IMG/VR virus record: IMGVR_UViG_3300030376_003947
Location: 1 to 46,218 of that record
DNA from: a virus
Taxonomy: Duplodnaviria; Caudoviricetes
Length of the DNA stretch: 46,218 bases
Strand: one strand, 5' to 3'
Shown here: positions 6,219 through 16,172 of the stretch, one piece after another
Numbering within the stretch: the stretch's first letter is position 1
Layout of the letters: every line of letters starts with the position of its first letter
Translations under genes and position numbers: made by a program
The notes under the pieces: model-generated
Told to the model about the DNA's origin: nothing
Database searches by the model: none
What the model saw: only the letters and a program-made list of their open reading frames with translations

Positions 6219-9200
6219 TATTTCATTTTTCCTGCACCAACTCTTAACTTTCTTTTTGATTTGCCAGTTTTTAGTGATGTTCTTTTTTCTATTCCCAGGT
6301 TCCATGTTGTCCAACCCATCATTAAAGCTAGTCTTTGCCAAGCAGCTATATCCTCACCAAATGCTTCAGATATATTTGTTACTTTTTGATGCATTCTAGC
6401 TAAAGGTATGTTTGTTAAACCTTGAGCCGTTGAAAAGCTTGCTTCCCAAATAGGATTTTTTAAATTATAATAAGGTATCTCGTCTATTAAATCTTTGTTC
6501 CAACGTATAGTTCTTTCAGCATTTCTTATTTGCCTTAGTTTAATACCTAAAGGTGGAGATAAGTTTATCATTTCCATAATTACAGCTGATTCATCTTTAT
6601 TAAACGTTTTTTGTTGCTCTTTGTAAAAAGTTCTAGCCATATTTTTAAGAGTAGAAACTATAGCACCTTGTATACCCATACCTCTTAACACAGAGTCAAC
6701 ACTACCGTTTAATACTCTTTCTCTTTTTTTGTCAAAAAACTCTTCATCATCTTCATCATCACCAAATAACATTGCAAATAAAGCTGTTTGTAAACTGTAG
6801 AATATTATATTTTGAACAGCGCCATAATAAACAATACGTGATATGTTTGCTTTTGCATCGCCCCTGCCGTTTATAAGATCTAACGTTGCTTTTTTCATTA
6901 ACCTAGTATACTGCATAGGTGTATTTTGAAAAGCTAATATTATTCTACCAAGAACAGAAGCTTGTTGTTGTGAAATCATATCAGGTCTAGCTGACTGCTG
7001 AGTTTCTTCTGCTATAACTCTAAAATCTGCAAAAGCTTTTTTCTTTGCCTCAGTCACGTTCATACCTTCTTTTAAATACTTGTTAAGTCTGTTTCTATAA
7101 AAACTAGCACCACCGGCAGCAATAGCAAAACTATCAGCTATTTGCGTAGGTAAATAACCTTTTGTTAATAAGAAGTTTAGTGCTGCTTTAAATTTGTTAG
7201 TAGAGTTAGCAACGTAATCTGTAAGTTCACTAGCGTTAACATCTAAGCCCAAACCAGATCGTCTCTGTTTTAACATGTCAGAGTTAAATATCATCATAAA
7301 GTCTGACCAAAATTGTTTTTGATTTGCAAATGCTTTTGCTGCAGCTATAATGTTATTGTCTTCAAAATTTATAAAGTTAACCATTGATAAAGTCTGTAAT
7401 GCAGCTGATCTAACGTTAACAAACATGGTAGTACCAATAGCACCGTTAATCCAGTTCATAAACTTGTTAACTAAAGCATTTTGACCAAACGATCTGTTAG
7501 TACCGTTTTCTATTCTATAAAGCATATCTTCTAACGCCTCTCTAAAATTACGGCCGTATATAGCTTCAATTTTGTTCATATTTTCTTTTGAAAATATAAT
7601 ACCTACGTTTTCTAAAAACTCTGTAAAAAATTGTTTTCTATTTACTCTTGATGTAGCGTTTATTAAGTCTGTTCTAATATCTTCTGTCAACCACTCATCT
7701 GTAGGTTCTATGTAACCATTTTCTTGTCTAGACAATATACCTAACGTGTCTGCAAAAGCTTTTAGTTTTGCGTCATTTTCAACAAATTCAGATAACATTT
7801 TTTGATCAGCATCTGATAAACCTGGAATATTAAAACCAGCTTTATTCCACAAATAAACTCTTATAGCATCGTTGTAAGTGTAGTCACCGCTTGGTATTTT
7901 TTTGTACAACAGCTTTTTAACATCTGGCATTTTTGCTTTTAAATTATCAAAGTCTGTTGCTATTGCTTGCTTAGCAGCGTTTAAAGCTTCATAACCTCTG
8001 TTTAAAGGTTCTATTAAAGCTTTCTTTAAAAATGCAAAATGTTTTTCACCTTGCTTTCCTTTACCTAAAAACTGATATAACAAACCAACAAAATCTTCTG
8101 CTGATGGCGGTACAAACAGTTTAAACTTGTTTTTGCTTTCACCACGTCTTCTTGCTTTAGCTGTACTAAACCTTTTATCAGCATCTATACCAGCAACGTC
8201 TTCCATCATTTTATTAAAGTCTCTGTCGTAATTTATACTTTGACTTGCTTTTACAATTTGTACGTTTGACTTTATATCTAGTTGATCTAATACATTTTTA
8301 ACGGCTTTAACATTAGGCAAAGCATCATCTACAAAATACATATCGTTATAACCTTCTGCAAACTTGTTTAACATCCAAACAGCTTTTGCCTCGCCGGTAC
8401 TGTTACCAAGACCTGTTATATTTTCTATTGGCAAGTTTATACCTTCACTTTTTAAATAAGCATGTATTGCAGCTTCACTTTCAGGCGCTCTAGCTGTTAA
8501 TATAAATACATTTTTAGGCCCAAACTTTTTAATTTGGTTTTTAAGTTTTTGCATCAATGGTCCTGGCTTACCGTCTGTAACTCTATTAAAATCAGTAAAG
8601 TCCATTTTCCAGCCTTCTTTCATAAGTTGATCACCTACAAAAGGCCACTCATCAGAGGCTATACGTTTTGTTTCACCGTCTTTAGTTGCTATTACAAAGT
8701 TATTACTTATACCAACAGTTTCGTCAAAATCAAAAGTACTCATACCTCTAGACTTTCTATTGTACTTAACAGAGTTTGCGGCTACAGTTAGTTTACTAAT
8801 TTTTCTATCTTGTTCTATTTCAGCAACTGTTTTAGGTAATAACTCTCCAGCTATTTCGTGACCTAGTCCAAAAACTAAGCCTTCACGTTTGTTTAAAATA
8901 TCCTCTATAAGTCTTATAGCTTTAATATTTTTATCACCTTTATTCATAGGGTTAAACATTCTAGCCATAGAACCATACTCTGTGCCAGACTCATACTCTT
9001 CACCCATTAAGTTTTTAACACCAGTTTTATCTAAAGTTTTATCTGCTAGCTTAGTAATTATAGAAACGTTGTAATCTAAAAGTTCTTTTTCTATAAGATC
9101 ATTAAAAGTTTCAGGATCTACTTTTTCATCTGTAACAATATCTATTATCTTCATTAAAAGATAAGACGCTGGCTTTTGATGTTCAAACCTTACATTTTCA

Positions 9201-12200
9201 TTACTAATTTCACCTAACAAAAAGTTTCCATTTTCGTCTATCAAGCCGTCCATTATACCAACAACTTTACCAGCTCTTCTTAGTGTAGTCGTAGGGTTAC
9301 TCATTAAGGTCATCATTTGAACAACAAAATCGTGCTCGCTAAAGTTAGCATCTAAACTTAGCTTGTCTGCAAAGAAAATAATTTTGTTAACTAAAAGTTT
9401 TCTAGCTAAATCAGCTTCATCATTTTTGTTTTGTTGATCGTATTTATTAGCACCTTTACGTGTAACATTTTTTATAACGTTTATCATTTGTGTTATAACA
9501 CCTTTACCGTCTTGTGGTTCAAATTTTATTTCAACAAATTTCTCTGTTTTACCATCTCTAAATATTTCTGAAGAACCTTTAGAGTTTTTTTCCATAGCAT
9601 CAATAAAGTCTTGAGGCATAAAATTGTAAACAAACTTTCTAAAATCTGTTTTAGGTCCTTCTTTAGACATAAACAGCTGAAACCTAGGTGTTCCAGAGGC
9701 TTCTTGATTTATATCGTTGTTTGTTCCAGCCTCAAATATCCTACCTCCATCACCTATTTTGTAAGCAGTAACATGGTTTTGCTCTTCCATAGCTATTTCC
9801 ATTAAAGCTTCTTCTATAGATATATCACCACTACGCCACCTAGCTATTATATTATCTACAACAAAATCAGCAACAGCGTTTCTACCACGTTTAACAGCTT
9901 CTGTACTAAACACTTCTTTTTGACTTGGCACATCACCATCTTCGTTTACTATTCCAAATTTTTCAATAAGACCTACATAAACCTCTGTTTCTAAATATAA
10001 ACCAGCAAAATCCTCAAAAGGTATCATTTTAACACCTTGAGATTCTAAATTACCTTTTACATATTGATATTGTTTAATAACACCTGCTTCTTTAAATATA
10101 TCTGCAACAAAAGCTCTAGCTTCTTTATTTGTTAACGTGCCATCTTTAGTAAACACTTTTGACAAGGCTGTTATTGTTCTAGCATTAGATAAAGTTTTGT
10201 CTATTTCTTGAACAGCTATACCAAGCTCAGGCATTAGTCTTGAAACACCTTCTTTTTTAGTTGCTGACAATCTTCTAAACACTATAGACTCTGCCGAAAC
10301 AGACAAGCCATCTTCAAGAGCATTTTTAAGTCTTTCATCTAAATCGCCAGTAGCTTCTAATGATTTTCTTAAACTTTGGTTAGTAATTGTTCTATCTAAT
10401 AAAGATAACACCGCTAGTAGTTTAGCACTTGTGTTTCTGTCAACTTTAAACTCAAAACCTTTTTTAGCTCTAAATATACCTAAGTATTCAGCAAAATCTT
10501 TTTCAGATAAATTAGGTTTTTTATATTGAGGAAAATTATTTTTAACTCTTTTAGAACCTTTGTTGTAACCAAACTTTAATAACACATTTGGCATGTTAGT
10601 AGATTTAAAAGCTGCGGTGTGACCTTCGTTAAAAATTGTAGACAATATTAACTGAGCATGTTTAGCTATAAACCTTTGCGCTGATCTAACTTCATTACTA
10701 CCAGCCTTTCCTTCTTTTTTTCTTAAATTAGCTAAAAAGCTTTTACTTCTTGGATTTAGTTTATCAATATCAACACCTGATAATTTAGCTATAGTTTTGT
10801 AAGTTAAACCTTCTACATTGCTTAATTCCATAGTATCTAAATTAAGATCAAGCATGTGTTTTTCTTCTAGCTTCTTTTTTAATTCAGCTATTTTTTTACT
10901 ATCACCTTTGTTTTTAACAAGACTTGAATATTCTTTTAAATCAGCAAGTCCTTCTGATATTAACTTTTCAACCTCTGCTTGAATATCTTGATTTTCTATT
11001 CTACCTATTTCTCTAGCAGCGTTGTATTTAGGAGAAACAAATCTTGGTGCATCGTCAAAATCATTTGGTGTTGAATCGTCTGCAATGTCACCAACGTTTT
11101 CATTATCTATACTTACGCTACCTTCCATAGCACCTTTTTGCTCAGCTTTCAAAGCATCACCGTATCTAAGAGGTAACAGCATATTTAAGTAAGCTCCAAA
11201 AGGCGTTAATGCTGGGTCGTAAGATCTAGAAAGCTTTATCAACTCTCTAGAAAAACCTGATTGAAATTGTTCAAAGCCAACTTTTTTACCTTCTTCTAAT
11301 CCCATTATTTTTGGATTTTTAGCCGCAAAGTCAGACAATGATGTTACTAAAGCCATGTTATTTAATACTAAATCGTTTCGCAAGTCTTCATCGTACTCGT
11401 ATGTACCATCTTCAAGCAACACCCTTGTTTTTAAAAGTTCTTGTCTTATTCTTTCGTTTTCTTCTACAATTTTAATTGTATTTTCTTTTAATTGTATGTC
11501 TTGCTGCACGTCATCTCTTTGGTAAATATTTTTTTGTCTCATACGACCACCACGAGTTGAAAGCGCAGCGCCACCTGGTGACCATATTCTATTTATCATG
11601 CCTTTAGCTAGCTTAACCGATTCTTCTATTCTAGCAGCATCTATAAAGTCTTTACCAGGTTTTATGTTTAAACCTTCGTTTATAACTCTTCTCATGCCAG
11701 GCGAAAACTCTTCTTTTGTACCTAATAGCTCTTTGTTGTAATCCCTAATAAAATTAAACATGGCTTTTGCAGGATTTCTGCTTGAGAAAAAGTCAGCGTT
11801 TTTATTTATAAAACCTATACCAGATCCTCGCATAGACCTTCTAACAACATCATGAAGTCTTGTAAAAAAGTTAGAACCTATTTTAACGTCACCTTGAGCA
11901 ATAGCTTCTGATAAAACAGTAAACATTTCGTCCCACTCCATGCTTTTAACTTGCTCTTCATAACTTTTAAACTTACCACCTACATAATTAAATCTATCAG
12001 AAAACTTGTATTTATTAGAATTTTTTAAAAGCTCGTTTCTTAACATAAACGACAAGCCTTTTACAGCGTTAGGATTTTTTAAAACTGTTTTTCTTAAAAC
12101 TAAATGAAATATTTCGTGCACACCAACACCATAATTATCAGCATCTTTAACAGCATCTTTGTTAAATATAATTATAGGCTTTTTACCTAAATCATCATAT

Positions 12201-15200
12201 ATAACTTGAGCAACACCACCGTGGTTTAACATTTTAATCGGCTTCTTTTTACCCTTGTTAATTCTGTTGTATCTTTTTATTACAGCGTTTCTTCTTTCTA
12301 TTTCTTTTTCATACTCTACACTAGAAAGCTCCATTGTGTCTAACTCTATACCAGCCGCAAACAAAAGCTTTTTACCTCTATCTATGCTCATTCTATATAA
12401 ACTTTTCTTCCACTCTGTAGGTGATTCTTGAGAAAGCTTATTGTCTATAGTTTTTATCTTGTTGTTTATTTCTTGAATCTCTTGGCTGTTAGCAGATTTG
12501 TCTTTTTTCTCTAATTCCTTTTTTTGCTTAACAAGCTCGTTTTTTTCTACAATCATATCAACCATGCCAATTGTAGCCCACTCAGGAGCAGCGTTTAAAG
12601 CTTGCGCAACGTTTCTAACAGACCGAGCGTTTTGTTTTTCTATTTCTAATCTTCTTTCATGAAGCTCTATTTTTCTATTAACTTGAGCCCATTTTGGATT
12701 AGCTTTAACATATAAAGCTTTTTCTTTTTTTAACTCGTCTATATGTTTTTGTATTTCAGCTTGTTCTAAATCTGAGTTTTGCAAAGCTTCAGAAGCTTGA
12801 TCTAAAATACCTTCATACATTAATGTTTTAGCATTTTTTATTGTAGACCTTGCTTGCTTAGCACCTAAACCACCCGTTAATAAAGATGTTCCTACAAGTA
12901 TTTCTCTTTGTGCTTGAGCGTTACTAACTTCCCAGCTGTAATCAGCTATAAAATTAGCTTTAACCATATCGTTTAAAATAACATCTAACTGTTCTTCACC
13001 GTGTTCTTTAAAAAAGTTTTTACCAAAAGTTAATAAAGCTTTATTGTAAACTTTTCTATTTATAGCTTTTGTAGCTTGTTTAGTTCCAACACCTTTAAGA
13101 TCTTTTATAAAAGTTTTTAATAAATTTTTACCAACGTCATTTTTAAAAAACAAAGCATCAGGCATGACTAACTGACTAACACCTGTAGCTAAAGTTGTCA
13201 TGTTAGCATATAACAAAGCAGAGTTACCGCTTAAACCGTTAGATCTTGCGTCAGATAAATTGTCAAAAAACAACATTCTTTGGTTCATACCAATCATGTT
13301 TATTCCTCTAACTTCAGCAGCTGTAACTTTGTAGTTTTTGCTTAGCGTGTTCATTATTGTTCTACCACTACTAGCGTTTTTAATATTTATAGCTCTTGCT
13401 TTTACTTTAGCATTTGCGCCAGCTCTAGCAATATTTAACGTGTATGGTAGTAGTTCTGCAAATGTTTTTGTAATAGTATATAAACTAGGATTATAAGCTT
13501 TTCGATCTGTTAAGTCTTTCCAAAATTGCCCAGAACCTTTGAATTTAGGATTATAAAGAGTTTCTAATTTATTTTTAGGTAATATTTTAGCTGTGGCAAC
13601 ACTACTTAAAAAATCCATGTATTGATCTTTGTGGCTATATATTAAACTACCATCATCGTTAAACTTTTTTGGATCTGTAGGTAACTGTGTTATTCTAGTA
13701 GCCTCTATAGTATTGTCAATTAAGTCAGCAGCAAAATAACCACTACCTAAACCAAGCAAAGCTTGTGGTGATTTTAAAACAGAGCTTAAAACTCTGTACC
13801 TTGCATATTCTTCTGTAAAGTTACCTGCTATTTCTGCAGTTGCGTATATAGGATTATCAGTAGCTTTTTTAACAGCTATATCCCAAGCTCTAGCAGCTTT
13901 AGTACCTTTAAACGCTGGTGATTTTTTATCAAGTGGAACATCAGACATTTCCCAACCAAGAGCTTGCCACATTTGTTCATTTCTTTTTTGCCAAGCCTCA
14001 CCTTTTTCATTTATCAATTTTCTATTTTCAAACAACGCTTCACCTTCCTCTTGCAAACTGCTCTGTCTAACATCAAGATCTTTTAACATTGTATTTATGT
14101 CAGACAAAACGCCTAAGTCTTCAGCAGATGGTGTTACTGTTTTGTTGTCAATAATAGCAGGTATAAATATTTCTCTACCTCTAGCGTCCCAACCGTAAGT
14201 TCCATACTTGCTATTTATTCTTTGTATTTGATTATCTAAAACCTCATAGTCTTGTGTTAAGTTATTTCTTTTAACCTCAAAAGCTATTTCATTGTTTTTT
14301 TGTAACTTATTAGCTTTAACAATTCTTTCGCCCTGCCTGTTTAAAACAAGGTTGTTGTTTGCTATCACGTTTGCTTTAGCAACTTTTATTATTTCTTCTC
14401 TGTCTAAACCAAGTTGTTTAAAAGGAACACCATTATAAATTTTATCATAAAGCTCTCTTGGTACAGCGTTTAGTATTTCTTTTTTCATTTGAGTTTGAAA
14501 CTTTCCAAAATCTAATGTCTCACTGTTAGGTATACCAGCAAATGCTTTTTTCATTACATCACCTTCAATATCGCTTTTTTCTAAAGTTATAACTTCGTTA
14601 AAAACTCCATTAGCTGTTTTCATAAAGCTTATATTATCTACATAAGCTTCGTCTGTATTAAAACCTCTAAACTCTCCTGTTAAATCATTTACCTTGTTTT
14701 TAAACTGTATAGCTTTGCTACTGTTTTTACCACCAACAGCATTAAAATACTCTTCCCTACTAGTGTAGTTAGTTCCTTCGTCTTTGTTTATTTCTTGTAA
14801 AACTGATCTATCATACTTAGCTAATCTATCTTTATTAAACTTTTGTTTATTAAAAAAAGCAGTACCACCGTTGTATGTAAAGTCAGGACCTTTTTCTTCT
14901 TTTCCGTCATCAATACTTAAAACACCTTCTATTGGATTGATTTTTTGAATAGGATCAGTTGTTCTATCTTGACGTGATTCTTTTCTTTTTTTTACTATTT
15001 TATTAAACTCTTCTGAATCTTCTTTTGTTAAGTCTCTTAGTGGTTTTCTTTTTTTATCATCTGTAGGTAAAGTAAATCTTGGTGGTGGTAAGTTAACAAT
15101 TTTATTGTTTTCAAGTCTTATCTCAGTATCATCTTCTTCATTGCCAAAGTCAAAGTCTTTTTCTTCTTTAGCTTCGTAATTAAATATGTTAGAACTTCCT

Positions 15201-16162
15201 TTTATAGTTATTTCTTTTAAACCATCTGTTGGAAGTTTTGTTGCATACTTTTCTTCTTTTTGATCTACTATTTCGTTTTCTTTTTCTTTTCTATCTACGT
15301 TAACTTCATTGTACGGAGTGGCTTTTTCAAGCTCCATTACTCTTTCTTCTACATCTATTTTTTTAACAGGTAACTTTTCAATAGAATCTACTTGTACATC
15401 GCCTTTTTTATTTCTACCTGTTTGACCTGCAACAGGACCAGTACCAGTTCCACCTTGATTAATAACCTCACCTGAGCTTGGGTCTATAATTTGTTGACCA
15501 ACTACTGGTTGTTTTTTCTTTTTATTTGGATCGCTAAACTGTGTCCAGGCGGATCTACTTTTTGGTCCCCAAACACCATCAACAACAATATCAAAACCAG
15601 CATCTTTCATTTCCTGTTGCTTACCCATTACAATATCTCTATTTAATGAAGTACCGCCATAAGCAACTATAGACGAAGGGGTTAACTGGTCAGTTTCTTG
15701 ATTAACCCAAACAGGGTTAGCAGACTTCCACTTGTTAATAGCTGCGTCAGCTTCTTCTACTGTTTTATATGTTTTAGGAAGTTTTTGGTGAAGACTATCA
15801 CCAGTTATAGGTTCATTATATCCAAAAAGACCAGATACAGGTAGAGCTACAGTCTGATAAGGATGTGTACCTTTTTTGTGGTTTTTTTGAAAGTATTTAT
15901 CTACATAATCTAACTGATCTAAAACAGACATAGCTTTTAAATCAGCAGTTGTAGTGCCAAGGTCTGCGGCAGTTTTAGGTATAAACTGTATTAAACCAGT
16001 AGCTCCAGAACTGTCGTTAACATTTGATGAATCAAAAGCAGACTCTTTTTCTATTACAGACAACAACTCGTCTACGCTAAAACCGTTAGTATCAGCTATT
16101 TGTTCTAGTCGTTGCTGAACACCTTCAATTTTTAAAAAGTCTTCTCTGGTTGTCTTAGCCAT
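6218..16162 (-). CDS. Giant multidomain (polyvalent) internal virion/ejection protein: SLT, PG-binding, zincin, sigma70-like, HNH-like, HAD
   Basis: IEKESAFD...ATGLIQF (SLT); VDGVWGPKS (PG-binding); HEIFH (12104-12118); sigma region 2 and 4 motifs (10715-11395); EHQKP (9170-9184); FDFDET/LTAR/FVDD (8290-8750); last of three genes after the tail genes. Confidence 0.8.
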   Translation of the reverse strand: MAKTTREDFLKIEGVQQRLEQIADTNGFSVDELLSVIEKESAFDSSNVNDSSGATGLIQFIPKTAADLGTTTADLKAMSVLDQLDYVDKYFQKNHKKGTHPYQTVALPVSGLFGYNEPITGDSLHQKLPKTYKTVEEADAAINKWKSANPVWVNQETDQLTPSSIVAYGGTSLNRDIVMGKQQEMKDAGFDIVVDGVWGPKSRSAWTQFSDPNKKKKQPVVGQQIIDPSSGEVINQGGTGTGPVAGQTGRNKKGDVQVDSIEKLPVKKIDVEERVMELEKATPYNEVNVDRKEKENEIVDQKEEKYATKLPTDGLKEITIKGSSNIFNYEAKEEKDFDFGNEEDDTEIRLENNKIVNLPPPRFTLPTDDKKRKPLRDLTKEDSEEFNKIVKKRKESRQDRTTDPIQKINPIEGVLSIDDGKEEKGPDFTYNGGTAFFNKQKFNKDRLAKYDRSVLQEINKDEGTNYTSREEYFNAVGGKNSSKAIQFKNKVNDLTGEFRGFNTDEAYVDNISFMKTANGVFNEVITLEKSDIEGDVMKKAFAGIPNSETLDFGKFQTQMKKEILNAVPRELYDKIYNGVPFKQLGLDREEIIKVAKANVIANNNLVLNRQGERIVKANKLQKNNEIAFEVKRNNLTQDYEVLDNQIQRINSKYGTYGWDARGREIFIPAIIDNKTVTPSAEDLGVLSDINTMLKDLDVRQSSLQEEGEALFENRKLINEKGEAWQKRNEQMWQALGWEMSDVPLDKKSPAFKGTKAARAWDIAVKKATDNPIYATAEIAGNFTEEYARYRVLSSVLKSPQALLGLGSGYFAADLIDNTIEATRITQLPTDPKKFNDDGSLIYSHKDQYMDFLSSVATAKILPKNKLETLYNPKFKGSGQFWKDLTDRKAYNPSLYTITKTFAELLPYTLNIARAGANAKVKARAINIKNASSGRTIMNTLSKNYKVTAAEVRGINMIGMNQRMLFFDNLSDARSNGLSGNSALLYANMTTLATGVSQLVMPDALFFKNDVGKNLLKTFIKDLKGVGTKQATKAINRKVYNKALLTFGKNFFKEHGEEQLDVILNDMVKANFIADYSWEVSNAQAQREILVGTSLLTGGLGAKQARSTIKNAKTLMYEGILDQASEALQNSDLEQAEIQKHIDELKKEKALYVKANPKWAQVNRKIELHERRLEIEKQNARSVRNVAQALNAAPEWATIGMVDMIVEKNELVKQKKELEKKDKSANSQEIQEINNKIKTIDNKLSQESPTEWKKSLYRMSIDRGKKLLFAAGIELDTMELSSVEYEKEIERRNAVIKRYNRINKGKKKPIKMLNHGGVAQVIYDDLGKKPIIIFNKDAVKDADNYGVGVHEIFHLVLRKTVLKNPNAVKGLSFMLRNELLKNSNKYKFSDRFNYVGGKFKSYEEQVKSMEWDEMFTVLSEAIAQGDVKIGSNFFTRLHDVVRRSMRGSGIGFINKNADFFSSRNPAKAMFNFIRDYNKELLGTKEEFSPGMRRVINEGLNIKPGKDFIDAARIEESVKLAKGMINRIWSPGGAALSTRGGRMRQKNIYQRDDVQQDIQLKENTIKIVEENERIRQELLKTRVLLEDGTYEYDEDLRNDLVLNNMALVTSLSDFAAKNPKIMGLEEGKKVGFEQFQSGFSRELIKLSRSYDPALTPFGAYLNMLLPLRYGDALKAEQKGAMEGSVSIDNENVGDIADDSTPNDFDDAPRFVSPKYNAAREIGRIENQDIQAEVEKLISEGLADLKEYSSLVKNKGDSKKIAELKKKLEEKHMLDLNLDTMELSNVEGLTYKTIAKLSGVDIDKLNPRSKSFLANLRKKEGKAGSNEVRSAQRFIAKHAQLILSTIFNEGHTAAFKSTNMPNVLLKFGYNKGSKRVKNNFPQYKKPNLSEKDFAEYLGIFRAKKGFEFKVDRNTSAKLLAVLSLLDRTITNQSLRKSLEATGDLDERLKNALEDGLSVSAESIVFRRLSATKKEGVSRLMPELGIAVQEIDKTLSNARTITALSKVFTKDGTLTNKEARAFVADIFKEAGVIKQYQYVKGNLESQGVKMIPFEDFAGLYLETEVYVGLIEKFGIVNEDGDVPSQKEVFSTEAVKRGRNAVADFVVDNIIARWRSGDISIEEALMEIAMEEQNHVTAYKIGDGGRIFEAGTNNDINQEASGTPRFQLFMSKEGPKTDFRKFVYNFMPQDFIDAMEKNSKGSSEIFRDGKTEKFVEIKFEPQDGKGVITQMINVIKNVTRKGANKYDQQNKNDEADLARKLLVNKIIFFADKLSLDANFSEHDFVVQMMTLMSNPTTTLRRAGKVVGIMDGLIDENGNFLLGEISNENVRFEHQKPASYLLMKIIDIVTDEKVDPETFNDLIEKELLDYNVSIITKLADKTLDKTGVKNLMGEEYESGTEYGSMARMFNPMNKGDKNIKAIRLIEDILNKREGLVFGLGHEIAGELLPKTVAEIEQDRKISKLTVAANSVKYNRKSRGMSTFDFDETVGISNNFVIATKDGETKRIASDEWPFVGDQLMKEGWKMDFTDFNRVTDGKPGPLMQKLKNQIKKFGPKNVFILTARAPESEAAIHAYLKSEGINLPIENITGLGNSTGEAKAVWMLNKFAEGYNDMYFVDDALPNVKAVKNVLDQLDIKSNVQIVKASQSINYDRDFNKMMEDVAGIDADKRFSTAKARRRGESKNKFKLFVPPSAEDFVGLLYQFLGKGKQGEKHFAFLKKALIEPLNRGYEALNAAKQAIATDFDNLKAKMPDVKKLLYKKIPSGDYTYNDAIRVYLWNKAGFNIPGLSDADQKMLSEFVENDAKLKAFADTLGILSRQENGYIEPTDEWLTEDIRTDLINATSRVNRKQFFTEFLENVGIIFSKENMNKIEAIYGRNFREALEDMLYRIENGTNRSFGQNALVNKFMNWINGAIGTTMFVNVRSAALQTLSMVNFINFEDNNIIAAAKAFANQKQFWSDFMMIFNSDMLKQRRSGLGLDVNASELTDYVANSTNKFKAALNFLLTKGYLPTQIADSFAIAAGGASFYRNRLNKYLKEGMNVTEAKKKAFADFRVIAEETQQSARPDMISQQQASVLGRIILAFQNTPMQYTRLMKKATLDLINGRGDAKANISRIVYYGAVQNIIFYSLQTALFAMLFGDDEDDEEFFDKKRERVLNGSVDSVLRGMGIQGAIVSTLKNMARTFYKEQQKTFNKDESAVIMEMINLSPPLGIKLRQIRNAERTIRWNKDLIDEIPYYNLKNPIWEASFSTAQGLTNIPLARMHQKVTNISEAFGEDIAAWQRLALMMGWTTWNLGIEKRTSLKTGKSKRKLRVGAGKMK

Positions 16163-16172
16163 GTATTATAAT

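Noticed and set aside
6219-6341. N-terminal 41 aa of the 223-aa ORF
   Set aside because: It overlaps the giant gene. The ATG at 6218 gives TAATG coupling and puts the signal peptide at the N-terminus.
8711-8747. DFDE in the giant protein as a crAss-type virion RNA polymerase catalytic motif
   Set aside because: It is DxDxT with downstream LTAR and FVDD, which fits HAD. I saw no DxDxD/DFDID polymerase motif.
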